Shown here: piece after piece, positions 1-7,953 of the stretch
Position numbering within the stretch: the first letter of the stretch is position 1
How the letters are laid out: every line of letters begins with the position of its first letter
IMG/VR virus record: IMGVR_UViG_3300023223_000599
Coordinates: 1-64,000 of that record
DNA length: 64,000 bases
From: a virus
Direction: 5' to 3' (one strand)
The notes under the pieces: generated by a model
What the model was told of the DNA's origin: nothing
The model's database searches: none
What the model saw: the letters and a program-made list of their open reading frames with translations, nothing else
Translations under genes and position numbers: made by a program

Positions 1-675
1 AAGAATCTTATTTTCTCGCAACTCTCCGTGGATTGCTATTCTGTAATTTTTATCTGTTGACACCTCAATATCTGCAAAGTCATCACCTACAGATTCATTA
101 GTGTTTTCAATCGGCACCATAAACCCACCAGGGAGATTGAACCTATGTTTGATCCAATTAAATCCCTTACCATAGGGATTAGTTGTTGAACGAAACATTC
201 GAGGCATATTTGGCGTTGAAGATCTACAACAACTCATCATCATTAAGTATAAGGCGGGTGAAGACCAGTTAGATAATTCTTCGAAACCAATATAAGGCGC
301 CTCAAATCCGTGGTAATTCCAATAATCATTTTCTGTTCGTGCGTGTCTGAATAGGAGCTTTTCACCACCTGGAAACGTCCACGAATGGCTTGATTCATTG
401 TATTTTGCCTTTGGCCATATTTTCTTGAACCACTTTTTTGATTTTTTGATCATGTCTTGAAGCTGTGGATATGTTTCACGGAAAATGATGCCAAGCCAAG
501 CTTCACCATATCCTTTTCCGACATGTTGCGCATAAGACATAAGCAACACATCGCTTTTTCCGTTGCCCCTGGTTCCTGAGAATAAAACTTCAAAAAGTGG
601 GCATCCCATGAATGTTTCTTGGCTTCCAGCTTGTGGGGCCCATCCAATCTCGCGGCCATCAATTGTTGCTGTCAT
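1..675 (-). CDS. terL: terminase large subunit, N-terminal ATPase part (3' end beyond window edge)
   Basis: Absent from the ORF track because there is no stop in the window. The frame is open from ATG at 675 to base 1 (225 codons). My translation: MTATIDGREIGW...LFSGTRGNGKSD (P-loop-like), YIGFEELSNW (Walker-B-like), RSTTNPYGKGFNWIKHRF. It starts 4 nt after the upstream stop. Confidence 0.85.
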   Translation of the reverse strand, partial: MTATIDGREIGWAPQAGSQETFMGCPLFEVLFSGTRGNGKSDVLLMSYAQHVGKGYGEAWLGIIFRETYPQLQDMIKKSKKWFKKIWPKAKYNESSHSWTFPGGEKLLFRHARTENDYWNYHGFEAPYIGFEELSNWSSPALYLMMMSCCRSSTPNMPRMFRSTTNPYGKGFNWIKHRFNLPGGFMVPIENTNESVGDDFADIEVSTDKNYRIAIHGELRENKIL

Positions 676-678
676 GAA

Positions 679-1254
679 TTATTCTTCGTCAGCTTGTATT
701 TTCGCGTTTTTAGAAATCCAATCTTGCACCTTCGATAATGATGGGGCCACCAAAACAGCGCTTTGAACATTCAAATCAATCTCTGTTTTCTCACGATATG
801 CTGGATTAACACGCTTTAATTCCATTTGCATCATTGGATTGTTTGGGAAAACTTTTTCTATGACCTCTTTGCCATTGTGCATGACAACCTCGCCTTTATT
901 GACTTTGTAAGTGTCCAGGCCTTCGACGAATTGGCCACGGGCCTTGTTTTGTAGCCATGAGGCGTATTCTTCGAGAGATTCAGTCATCGCTGAAGCAAAT
1001 TCTTTTTCTTCTTTAGATGTTTGCTCAACGACTTGAACTGAAATGCCACAAAGCTCAGCGGCCCTTGTTTTAAGACCGCACCTTGAAAGCTCCCATAAAA
1101 AATCGCCTTTTACCTCACTTGTCAGCTTTTTATTCTTTTCAAGCCATCTTTCACGCCATAATTCTGGGTTCTTTGGTCGTGGAACTGGATTCATGATCGT
1201 ATCGGGCCAAGCTGTATCATCTCGGCCTGTTTTAATCACATCTTCATCTGACAT
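679..1254 (-). CDS. terS: terminase small subunit (positional call)
   Basis: 191-aa ORF ending 4 nt before the terL ATG. HTH-like stretch LWELSRCGLKTRAAELCGISVQVV. Size and position are typical of TerS. Confidence 0.6.
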   Translation of the reverse strand: MSDEDVIKTGRDDTAWPDTIMNPVPRPKNPELWRERWLEKNKKLTSEVKGDFLWELSRCGLKTRAAELCGISVQVVEQTSKEEKEFASAMTESLEEYASWLQNKARGQFVEGLDTYKVNKGEVVMHNGKEVIEKVFPNNPMMQMELKRVNPAYREKTEIDLNVQSAVLVAPSLSKVQDWISKNAKIQADEE

Positions 1255-1282
1255 ATAGGTATCTTTCGCTAACTTCGGTTAA

Positions 1283-1311
1283 ATAATACCTATTATGTTG
1301 ACAAAAAGCAA
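1283..1311 (-). promoter_or_regulatory. sigma70-like promoter candidate upstream of terS
   Basis: Coding strand reads TTGCTT-(17 nt)-TATTAT, 28 nt upstream of the terS ATG. The -35 lies in TTGCTTTTTGTCAA, a variant of the 14-nt motif shared by other promoters here. Confidence 0.45.
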
Positions 1312-1345
1312 TCTCGCGCATGGAAAAACAATTGTTGAGGTTGTT

Positions 1346-1738
1346 TTACGGGGTAAATACAACCTTTTTATCAAGTACTTGATTGCAAGCCCAACACCTT
1401 CTTTCAATTATCTTCTTGGTTCTTTGGATTATTTTTTTATCCATTCCTTCTTTGAAATCGCGCAAACAATGCTCTTTGCTTTGAAAAATGTGATATCTGG
1501 TCCTTATGAATCTTTCTTGAATCCTTCTTGACGTATAACTTTTGCAATATCTCTTCAAAAAGTTTCCTAATGATGTCTGCAAAGCTCTTTTAAGAGGCTC
1601 TCTTGGATAAGTACACCTCATCACGTTGTAATATTCATTAAGTAAGCTTTCTGAAAGAACCACCATTTCAAAGTTTTCTGATGATATTTTATCAAGCCAC
1701 CACTTTTCATCACGTTTCAACAATTTCACATCGTCCAT
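1346..1738 (-). CDS. stand-alone paralogue of the primase-helicase C-terminal domain
   Basis: 130 aa with AAGGAG Shine-Dalgarno upstream. TSLGNFLKRYCKSYTSRRIQERFIRTRYHIF aligns with TSLGLFLRKICPGIQTRRVQENFTRTRFHYF at the C-terminus of the 23558..25939 product; WW(L/F)(D/N)K is also shared. Confidence 0.7.
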   Translation of the reverse strand: MDDVKLLKRDEKWWLDKISSENFEMVVLSESLLNEYYNVMRCTYPREPLKRALQTSLGNFLKRYCKSYTSRRIQERFIRTRYHIFQSKEHCLRDFKEGMDKKIIQRTKKIIERRCWACNQVLDKKVVFTP

Positions 1739-1851
1739 ATTTAACTCCTTTTGCCCATACTATCAGACCTTTTATTGTTTTTGTAGCATGAGATGTTGAT
1801 TTTTTTAAAATAAAACGATTTTTGGCAACGGTGCCTGACCTATTATTTATC

Positions 1852-2141
1852 AGGTTCGTCATTATTCCTCAAAACCATACCATGACTTCTCAAAACCCAA
1901 CGATCATTTTTGAGGTTCGTAGCTGTAAGCTGTTACTATTATTATATTTATATTAAATAATATATATATACCATACCGCCAACCTCAATAGATCAACGCT
2001 ACCGCAGGCCAATTGTAGCAGCGAATGCCCTCCAAAGTCGGCACGTTCGGATTTGACGTTTTTTTCGGCAGTAAGTCTAAGCTATAAAAGAAGTTATATG
2101 ATGGGGAACGTTAGAAAATCCTGTTGGGCAGAACCCAACGA
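1852..2141. repeat. noncoding iteron-like repeats plus pure A/T tract (candidate ori/pac region)
   Basis: No convincing ORF between 1739 and 2316. Direct repeats: AGGTTCGT (1852, 1913), CTCAAAACC (1868, 1889), AACCCAACGA (1894, 2132), CCATACC x2. There is an 8-bp inverted repeat CCTCAAAA/TTTTGAGG (1867/1908) and an uninterrupted 34-nt A/T run at 1937-1970. Confidence 0.45.
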
Positions 2142-2316
2142 ATGTTCGTCACTGGCAATTTTAGGGGGGTGAATGCGATTTATTGGGTGTTTTTAGAGCG
2201 TTCAAGCAATTAAGCAAGAACAATATCCAGAATGGATTTATACATGGGCATATGATACCAAAGCCCAATCTTGTTTCAAGCGGATTATCAGAATAGTTAA
2301 AGTAAAGATTCAAATA

Positions 2317-2340
2317 GGCGCCCACCGCCACAAGGGCGCC
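2317..2340 (-). terminator. GC-rich hairpin, candidate intrinsic terminator
   Basis: GGCGCCC-(10 nt)-GGGCGCC is a perfect 7-bp stem 17 nt after the stop at 2357. On the coding strand it is followed by TATTTGAATCTTTACTTT. It stands out in AT-rich surroundings. Confidence 0.5.
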
Positions 2341-2356
2341 CACTTGGGCTATTTTT

Positions 2357-2575
2357 TCAAGACAAATCCAACCCATGCCTTGCCGCCATCACTCTCTCGA
2401 TATCTTTTATATAGAACATACGAGCCCTAGAAGACGTATATTGAGCAAACCAGACAAAGCGAAGATCCCCGCTTTTAATCTTTTGTTCGATGCTTGTGCG
2501 GCTTTTATAGCCCAAGAGCAACATGGCCTGCTTGATCGAGGTGAATTTATCCATATATTTTTGGTCATCCATCAC
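2357..2575 (-). CDS. small HTH DNA-binding protein (excisionase/MerR-like HTH_17 type)
   Basis: 72 aa. FTSIKQAMLLLGYKSRTSIEQKIKSGDL resembles Xis/AlpA-type helix-turn-helix. ATGA overlap with the upstream gene. Confidence 0.5.
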   Translation of the reverse strand: MMDDQKYMDKFTSIKQAMLLLGYKSRTSIEQKIKSGDLRFVWFAQYTSSRARMFYIKDIERVMAARHGLDLS

Positions 2576-2961
2576 TCTTTCCTATCTGTCAAATTATATT
2601 CAGCCTGCAGAGCAAGCCACCCATGGCGTTCAATGAATCGTTCAGTCATCTCTTTAATCGTGTAGTTATTATGAAAAACATAACAATCCCAAGCATCGTT
2701 CCGGGTTTTAAGCGCCACCAAACCGCTAACGCATTCATACTGAACATTTTTTCTTGTTGTCAGTATGCAAGATTCACATCTTGGCGGCATATCTGGGCTG
2801 CTGAAAACCATACAATAATTACATTCACCCTTATAAAATTTACCAACCGCATCTCTTTTATTATGATCACTTACCCCCTCATTTTCCAAAATCCCAATCA
2901 ACTTCTCATAGGCCCCCAAAGTCTTAGCGTGGGCAATCATCATCTTTTTAGAAAATTTCAT
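2572..2961 (-). CDS. hypothetical Cys-containing protein
   Basis: The track ORF 2572..3093 is trimmed to ATG 2961 (MKFSKKMM...), which lies just after the upstream stop at 2963. GAGGG is upstream. Confidence 0.55.
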   Translation of the reverse strand: MKFSKKMMIAHAKTLGAYEKLIGILENEGVSDHNKRDAVGKFYKGECNYCMVFSSPDMPPRCESCILTTRKNVQYECVSGLVALKTRNDAWDCYVFHNNYTIKEMTERFIERHGWLALQAEYNLTDRKE

Positions 2962-2962
2962 A

Positions 2963-3235
2963 TTACTTAACCCTCTCAATATCTGGCGCCGCCAAAAATC
3001 TATCCAAGATATCACGAAGCTGTTTAGCTTGGGGCTTCCCAAATCGAACGAATCCTTGATTTTCACCGTTGCAATCAACGATGCCCAATTCAAACAGTTG
3101 CAGCATCACAACATATTTCCCTTGGGCATCTTTTCGATCATATTGCATGCGAACAATCTCAGCTTCAACATAATTCCCTTCTTTGGCAATCATGTTCAAT
3201 TGGGTGTCTGTTTCTAATACGTTTTTGAATTTCAT
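2963..3235 (-). CDS. hypothetical protein
   Basis: The track ORF is trimmed to ATG 3235 (MKFKNVLE...), which is preceded by the conserved leader AGAAAAGGAGAACTGTATG. Confidence 0.6.
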   Translation of the reverse strand: MKFKNVLETDTQLNMIAKEGNYVEAEIVRMQYDRKDAQGKYVVMLQLFELGIVDCNGENQGFVRFGKPQAKQLRDILDRFLAAPDIERVK

Positions 3236-3260
3236 ACAGTTCTCCTTTTCTAAAAAAAAT

Positions 3261-3431
3261 CTAAGCATACCATTTTTCGATTTTACGATATTCCTCGACT
3301 AAATTTTTATAACCCAACGCTGTGAGGGCATCGCATAATATATCGTCAGCAATACCGTGAGCCATTTCCGTATCATCATTAAGTATCTGCTCTTCCATTT
3401 GAGCTAAATATTTTTGTTCATCCATATACAT
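3261..3431 (-). CDS. hypothetical acidic protein
   Basis: The ATG called in the track (3443) sits inside the leader TAGAAATGGAGAACTATATG. The start was moved to ATG 3431 (MYMDEQKY...). Confidence 0.55.
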   Translation of the reverse strand: MYMDEQKYLAQMEEQILNDDTEMAHGIADDILCDALTALGYKNLVEEYRKIEKWYA

Positions 3432-3463
3432 ATAGTTCTCCATTTCTAAATTCTTATAACAAT

Positions 3464-3492
3464 ATTATATGTTAAGATTAACACAAACACAA
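3464..3492 (-). promoter_or_regulatory. sigma70-like promoter candidate
   Basis: Coding strand reads TTGTGT-(17 nt)-TATAAT in the 87-nt gap upstream of the gene starting at 3431. Confidence 0.5.
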
Positions 3493-3530
3493 TAGAAAAA
3501 TGTTAATAATAACACTTTTTATAAAATTAT

Positions 3531-3710
3531 TTAGTTTACCGAACAATCCTCAGAATCAAGGACATATGATTTAAGAGTACGAACTTCATCAACTTTGAAG
3601 ATGTCGATGCCACCAAGTCGACATTTATTTTTAAGCTCAAACATGATGACAAGCTTAAAAATCTTAATATCCAGCTCATGTTTCGCCCGATCAAATGATG
3701 AATCGATCAT
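3531..3710 (-). CDS. hypothetical protein (59 aa, below track cutoff)
   Basis: ATG 3710 forms an ATGA overlap with the stop of 3707..4048. My translation: MIDSSFDRAKHELDIKIFKL...DCSVN. Confidence 0.5.
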   Translation of the reverse strand: MIDSSFDRAKHELDIKIFKLVIMFELKNKCRLGGIDIFKVDEVRTLKSYVLDSEDCSVN

Positions 3711-4048
3711 TTTCTATCACCCAACTCGTTTTCAAGCTTTCTTTTAATGCTCTTGAGTTTGACATAGATTTGCTGAATCTGATTAAGGTCTTGTATGGCG
3801 TGTTTGTTGTTTTTGATAGCTGCGGCCACATGTTCAAAGCATTGGTCAATTTCATCGTCAATTTGAATCTGTAAGCTCTGTAGTTTCATCCTAAACGATT
3901 TGAATTTTTTGTCGACAAGATTGTATTGATCAATATCATCTTTTGTGGCACTACGCTTATCCATTATCTTTTTAATGAGTTTGGCGCGTTCCTGGTAGCA
4001 GTTAAATTTTTCCACTTTTAAATTTTCTTCTTGTGTTTGTTGACCCAT
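3707..4048 (-). CDS. hypothetical coiled-coil protein
   Basis: 113 aa, charged heptad-like sequence. AAAAGGAGATTGGC precedes the ATG. Confidence 0.6.
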   Translation of the reverse strand: MGQQTQEENLKVEKFNCYQERAKLIKKIMDKRSATKDDIDQYNLVDKKFKSFRMKLQSLQIQIDDEIDQCFEHVAAAIKNNKHAIQDLNQIQQIYVKLKSIKRKLENELGDRK

Positions 4049-4129
4049 GCCAATCTCCTTTTGGTAATTGATACATTAGATCACTAAGGAGCGATTGGAG
4101 CGTTTATAATTTGTTGCATAGATTATAAT

Positions 4130-4160
4130 GCCCAAGCCTAAAAGAGAGTAAGGCTTGGGC
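4130..4160. other. perfect 9-bp stem-loop in intergenic region
   Basis: GCCCAAGCC-(13 nt)-GGCTTGGGC sits about 120 nt downstream of the 4281 stop. There is no U-tract on either strand, so terminator function is uncertain. Confidence 0.35.
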
Positions 4161-4280
4161 TGATAAAAAGAAACGGGCAATGAACCAGAACCACCAAGTT
4201 CATTAATTGTTTCTATTCGCGGGGCCTATCCCCAAGAATGTTAAACATGTATTTCACATACATCAAAGAGTTCAAGTGCG

Positions 4281-6221
4281 TCAACAAGATTCGTCGTTAA
4301 CTACACCATCACTCTTACATTTGGATAGTTCGCCACTGACGTATTCGATCTCATTGGAAAGCCTAAGCAAATGATTAAAATCTTCAGCACCATTATCACC
4401 AATTCCAAAGGAATGTTTTAGAACAAGATCACTAATTACCTTGCCAAGGTCTTTAATCCTATGCTCAAGCCAAATGAACCTCGGCATCATGCCAACCGTG
4501 GGCTTATGAGGCCGATGGGCAAAATCTTCATCTCTGATTGTACAATCACCTTCTGATAAAACGGTGGCAATACGATCTTGACTTGGCCTTGTAACAATTC
4601 CACCCTTGGCCATCCCAAGAGGCACTTCAACAGCATCTTTAAAAGCTTTATCCATATGAAAGTCGCAAATCATGCCCATATTGTGGCCTCTTTGACCACA
4701 CTCTATAATGCAACAAGTCTTTTGATACCTATGATCAACACAATAAGATTCACCCGGCGCCCAAGTGATCTTTTCGCATGCTTGACAGGTCACTCTTTGG
4801 GGCTTGTTGTCAACAATAAACATCCGATCCGGTCCACCATTATCTGGCCCGATGCTAACCGGCTCTTTCATAAGCGCACTATCGATCCCTCTAGGATCTG
4901 CACCAGGAGATTCAACAGCATTATCAATAGGCAACAGTTTATCAGATTCAACAACAACAGTTTTCCCACAATAATCACAAAACTTCACATGGCAATCACC
5001 AGTGGTGTCTATTTCTCCAACGCCGCAATACTTACACATCATTTTATTATCAACGGGCTCTTCTTCAACATCAGCCCCGCCTATACGAACACCAATATTT
5101 GAAATCTCACCAGCCAATTCGACTAATTGAGATTTATCAATTCCAGCCGTTAAAATCGCCATCTTTTTACGTTGTTGTTCAACAAAATCTTCTGAATGAC
5201 GCTTGCAATAAACAAACTCAGAAGATATATGCTCAGTGCATTGATCCCACTGGCAAATGGCACCACTATCATTAAAGAAAGCCTGTATCGCTCCTTCAAC
5301 CTTAAATTCAGCCTCTTCACCAGTGTCAAACCCACCAACCTTTGCAATCTCAGCATTTATTTCTGGAACCGTGGGCAGAATAGATAAATCAATTGAACCA
5401 GTCTGATGCTTTGCACAAAAGATGCTGTGCCCATGGTTACCATTAACCATATAATCACACCCTAATTCAGCGCATTTTTTCATAACAACTTTTCTTTGCA
5501 TATTATCCCAGTGATCCTTGCAAAATTTCATCCCATCGGACGCATGATTTTCACAACCTTCAAAGCTGCATGTATTTTGATGTTTCTTACATTTATAATC
5601 GCGGTGGTCATTCATGTATTTAGTTTTTTTAACGACTTCATTGCAGTCAACTCTTAGACATTTTACAAGTTCATCATGCTTATAACAAAAATCAATTCCT
5701 TTATCAATCCGCTCACAACAACCATCTTGACTACATAAATTAGGTTCATCATTATCCACTTCATCAATATGCTGAACACAATAATCACCCATGAAAGCAT
5801 TGTATGAGCAACCGTCTTTAGAGCATTTGGAAGCGTTGCCTTTACAAACATGATTTTCATTCTCAACGACAACACCATCACAAAAAATACATTTTGACGC
5901 TTTTCCATTATGTTCATCGCAAAACCAAAGGCCATCACAAACAACCTTGTTGTGACAATTTGGAACTTCACAATCTTTCATGCCGTCATCTTTTTTAGAC
6001 TTACAAACATGATTATCAATACCATCTTGGTCCAATATGATCATTCCACAATCATCACACTGAGCGCATATATGCATGAACGTGGGCAAGAATGACTGAT
6101 TGCACTTTTCACAAGTCACATAATCCTTCTTGTCAACGTGATCAATGCACCGCGTGGGCTTTTCAAGACCTGAAACAACGTCATTGTTGCAGTTTTCAAT
6201 CTCGCACTTGCTTGCTTTCAT
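4281..6221 (-). CDS. Cys/His-rich protein with tandem Cys3His knuckles
   Basis: Start moved to ATG 6221 (TAATG overlap with the ASCH gene stop). There are nine copies of C-x4-C-x9-17-C-x2-H (e.g. CSKDGCSYNAFMGDYCVQH, CSFEGCENHASDGMKFCKDH) plus CxxC pairs. Confidence 0.75.
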   Translation of the reverse strand: MKASKCEIENCNNDVVSGLEKPTRCIDHVDKKDYVTCEKCNQSFLPTFMHICAQCDDCGMIILDQDGIDNHVCKSKKDDGMKDCEVPNCHNKVVCDGLWFCDEHNGKASKCIFCDGVVVENENHVCKGNASKCSKDGCSYNAFMGDYCVQHIDEVDNDEPNLCSQDGCCERIDKGIDFCYKHDELVKCLRVDCNEVVKKTKYMNDHRDYKCKKHQNTCSFEGCENHASDGMKFCKDHWDNMQRKVVMKKCAELGCDYMVNGNHGHSIFCAKHQTGSIDLSILPTVPEINAEIAKVGGFDTGEEAEFKVEGAIQAFFNDSGAICQWDQCTEHISSEFVYCKRHSEDFVEQQRKKMAILTAGIDKSQLVELAGEISNIGVRIGGADVEEEPVDNKMMCKYCGVGEIDTTGDCHVKFCDYCGKTVVVESDKLLPIDNAVESPGADPRGIDSALMKEPVSIGPDNGGPDRMFIVDNKPQRVTCQACEKITWAPGESYCVDHRYQKTCCIIECGQRGHNMGMICDFHMDKAFKDAVEVPLGMAKGGIVTRPSQDRIATVLSEGDCTIRDEDFAHRPHKPTVGMMPRFIWLEHRIKDLGKVISDLVLKHSFGIGDNGAEDFNHLLRLSNEIEYVSGELSKCKSDGVVNDESC

Positions 6222-6583
6222 TAAACCCAAGCTCCCAATCTAGCTTCGATGATCTCGGGCGGGATAGTGAAGAGGTTTAGAGCTCCTTTGATTGGGAAGG
6301 GTTCGATGGGCACAACGTCATCAAGAACCCAAGACCAAAGGTCATCACTCCATGGGCAACAAGCGGCTACTTGATGCTGTTTCTCCATCTTGACGCAATC
6401 AATGATGGTGACAATGGCAACGGCCTGACCAAATGGCAAGCCCTCCATGACTGGCTTTTTGGAAGCGCATATAAGTACTTGCCCTCTGTAATGTGTTCTT
6501 CTTGTGCGTGTCTCGATTGTCTTTTTCCCTGAAACAATAAGCCCTGCCCAAGGTTGTTTGACTGATAATCCTTTAATGATCAT
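6221..6583 (-). CDS. ASCH domain protein
   Basis: MIIKGLSVKQPWAGLIVSGKKTIETRT...YRGQVLICASKK matches the ASCH/PUA-like N-terminal signature as I remember it. Confidence 0.65.
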   Translation of the reverse strand: MIIKGLSVKQPWAGLIVSGKKTIETRTRRTHYRGQVLICASKKPVMEGLPFGQAVAIVTIIDCVKMEKQHQVAACCPWSDDLWSWVLDDVVPIEPFPIKGALNLFTIPPEIIEARLGAWV

Positions 6584-6598
6584 AATTCTTATCTCTTT

Positions 6599-6967
6599 CT
6601 AATAGCTTTCTTTAATATTGGCAATAACGTTTTCAACAGAGATGCAATGCTCAAGTCTTACATTGTATTTTCTAAATTCACATTGCATGTAGCCACAATC
6701 AAGAACAACCATAACAATGGGACCATCTATTTCTATATGATCAAATCTTACGCTGTCATCATAACTTAATTTTAGATATTGTTGAAAAACACGATACATC
6801 ATTTGTTCTAGTGATGAGTGTGTAATTCTCATTCTTTGAAGATTTGATTTTGTGAGCCGTCCATAGTATTTATTCTTTAAGTTCTTAAAGAACTGAACAA
6901 TCGGGTTTCTCTTCTTCGCGCCTGACCACTTGCTTGTGTCAATGGTTATTCTTTCACTATCACTCAT
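6599..6967 (-). CDS. hypothetical protein
   Basis: 122-aa ORF, chained 2 nt after the upstream stop. No recognisable domain. Confidence 0.6.
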   Translation of the reverse strand: MSDSERITIDTSKWSGAKKRNPIVQFFKNLKNKYYGRLTKSNLQRMRITHSSLEQMMYRVFQQYLKLSYDDSVRFDHIEIDGPIVMVVLDCGYMQCEFRKYNVRLEHCISVENVIANIKESY

Positions 6968-6969
6968 CG

Positions 6970-7161
6970 TTAATTCTCATAAAACTTCCCCAAACATTCC
7001 CTATTCCTTTGACATTGATCACACAAATCATGATCATTTTGACTATAAACAATATTCCCACGGCACTTAATGCAAATGTGTCGAGTTCCTACAGCAAGCT
7101 TTCGCATCTTTACGAGGCTTAGCGGTGGGCCCAATGAATCAGCTAATTTATTTTTCATCAT
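6970..7161 (-). CDS. zinc-ribbon mini-protein
   Basis: 63 aa with CIKC...CDQC. Confidence 0.55.
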   Translation of the reverse strand: MMKNKLADSLGPPLSLVKMRKLAVGTRHICIKCRGNIVYSQNDHDLCDQCQRNRECLGKFYEN

Positions 7162-7303
7162 TCCACCCTGGCGTTACCTTACAGAAATAACAAATAGCAT
7201 TTTTATCATGGCCATAGATTACTCCGTAGTTGCAGCCTGAACAAATGTGACTTTCCCCCATGGATGCTTTGATTATTTCACCCATATCTTTATCACTAAT
7301 CAT
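7148..7303 (-). CDS. zinc-ribbon mini-protein
   Basis: The track ORF is trimmed to ATG 7303 (MISDKDMG...), which overlaps the stop of the upstream 58-aa ORF. Contains CSGC...CYFC. Confidence 0.45.
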   Translation of the reverse strand: MISDKDMGEIIKASMGESHICSGCNYGVIYGHDKNAICYFCKVTPGWNDEK

Positions 7304-7472
7304 TGATGATACCATCAACAATCTCATTCTTCTTAATAAGACTTTCAATTAACCTTTGATCAATGCTTTTAGCAAGAAGCACAGAGAACGTTTTAGTTCC
7401 AGACTTCAGACCTTTGACCGGCCTTGCATGGGCTTGAATAATTGTGGCGTGATCTTTGATATCGTTGCTCAC
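7296..7472 (-). CDS. hypothetical protein (58 aa, below track cutoff)
   Basis: GTG at 7472 is preceded by TAGAAAAGGAGAACTAA. My translation: MSNDIKDHATIIQAHARPVKGLKSG... Confidence 0.5.
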   Translation of the reverse strand: MSNDIKDHATIIQAHARPVKGLKSGTKTFSVLLAKSIDQRLIESLIKKNEIVDGIIND

Positions 7473-7493
7473 TTAGTTCTCCTTTTCTAATGA

Positions 7494-7567
7494 TGGAAGA
7501 GGTGGGACTTGAACCCACAACATCAACCGCGCCGGGCCAACCATTCTATCCTTGAATGTACTCTTCC
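7494..7567 (-). tRNA. tRNA-shaped element with non-canonical anticodon arm (tRNA, pseudo-tRNA or processing signal)
   Basis: 74 nt: GGAAGAG TA CATT CAAGGATAG AATG G TTGGCCCGGCGCGGTTG ATGTT GTGGG TTCAAGT CCCAC CTCTTCC A. It has a perfect 7-bp acceptor stem, a perfect T arm with a TTCAAGT loop, and a D arm with GG. The 17-nt anticodon segment only pairs through G-U wobbles or mismatches. No CCA is encoded. Confidence 0.5.
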
Positions 7568-7576
7568 AATACAATC

Positions 7577-7605
7577 ATCATAGGCGCCTTGTTGTCTTTT
7601 GTCTA
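7577..7605 (-). promoter_or_regulatory. sigma70-like promoter candidate driving the tRNA-like element
   Basis: Coding strand reads TAGACA-(17 nt)-TATGAT within the motif TAGACAAAAGACAAC. The -35 overlaps the stop of 7603..7818. The -10 ends 9 nt before the tRNA-like 5' end. Confidence 0.55.
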
Positions 7606-7818
7606 CCCCTCCATCGGAACAATTGTAAATAAAGGCTCTTTATTTTCCTGAACAATTTCCTTCATCCATCTATAGAATGGCATCTCTACCCAATCCCCAC
7701 CAATTTCAACGCGCTTACAAGGGACAAGCTTAGTTTCTGGCTTGCCCCTTATTCCCAATGCTTCCATAATCGCATCTTGATCAAAGTCTTCTTGTGTTTC
7801 GTCTATATAGTTGAACAT
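7603..7818 (-). CDS. hypothetical protein
   Basis: 71-aa ORF in the coding chain. Confidence 0.55.
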   Translation of the reverse strand: MFNYIDETQEDFDQDAIMEALGIRGKPETKLVPCKRVEIGGDWVEMPFYRWMKEIVQENKEPLFTIVPMEG

Positions 7819-7824
7819 TTTATT

Positions 7825-7914
7825 TTACTTACTAGGCTTATTAACAACCTTTTTCTTCCTTGCTTTCTTTTTCTTCTTCGGCGCTTTAGCCTGTCTAAGA
7901 ATGTGTTTTGACAT
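7825..7914 (-). CDS. possible 29-aa highly basic peptide
   Basis: ATG 7914 is preceded by TAGGAGATAACTAT. My translation: MSKHILRQAKAPKKKKKARKKKVVNKPSK. Confidence 0.3.
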   Translation of the reverse strand: MSKHILRQAKAPKKKKKARKKKVVNKPSK

Positions 7915-7953
7915 ATAGTTATCTCCTATTAAAGTTGATTCTATAGGATAACA

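Noticed and set aside
450-766. Track ORFs 450..662 (-) and 563..766 (+)
   Set aside because: Both lie inside or overlap the long open terL frame (1..675), which has clear terminase motifs. Their translations look non-protein-like.
2161-2376. 71-aa minus-strand ORF (hydrophobic) after the HTH gene
   Set aside because: It starts inside the upstream gene, has a poor Shine-Dalgarno, and its middle is the GC-rich terminator hairpin (2317-2340). I treat the region as noncoding, although a small membrane protein cannot be excluded.
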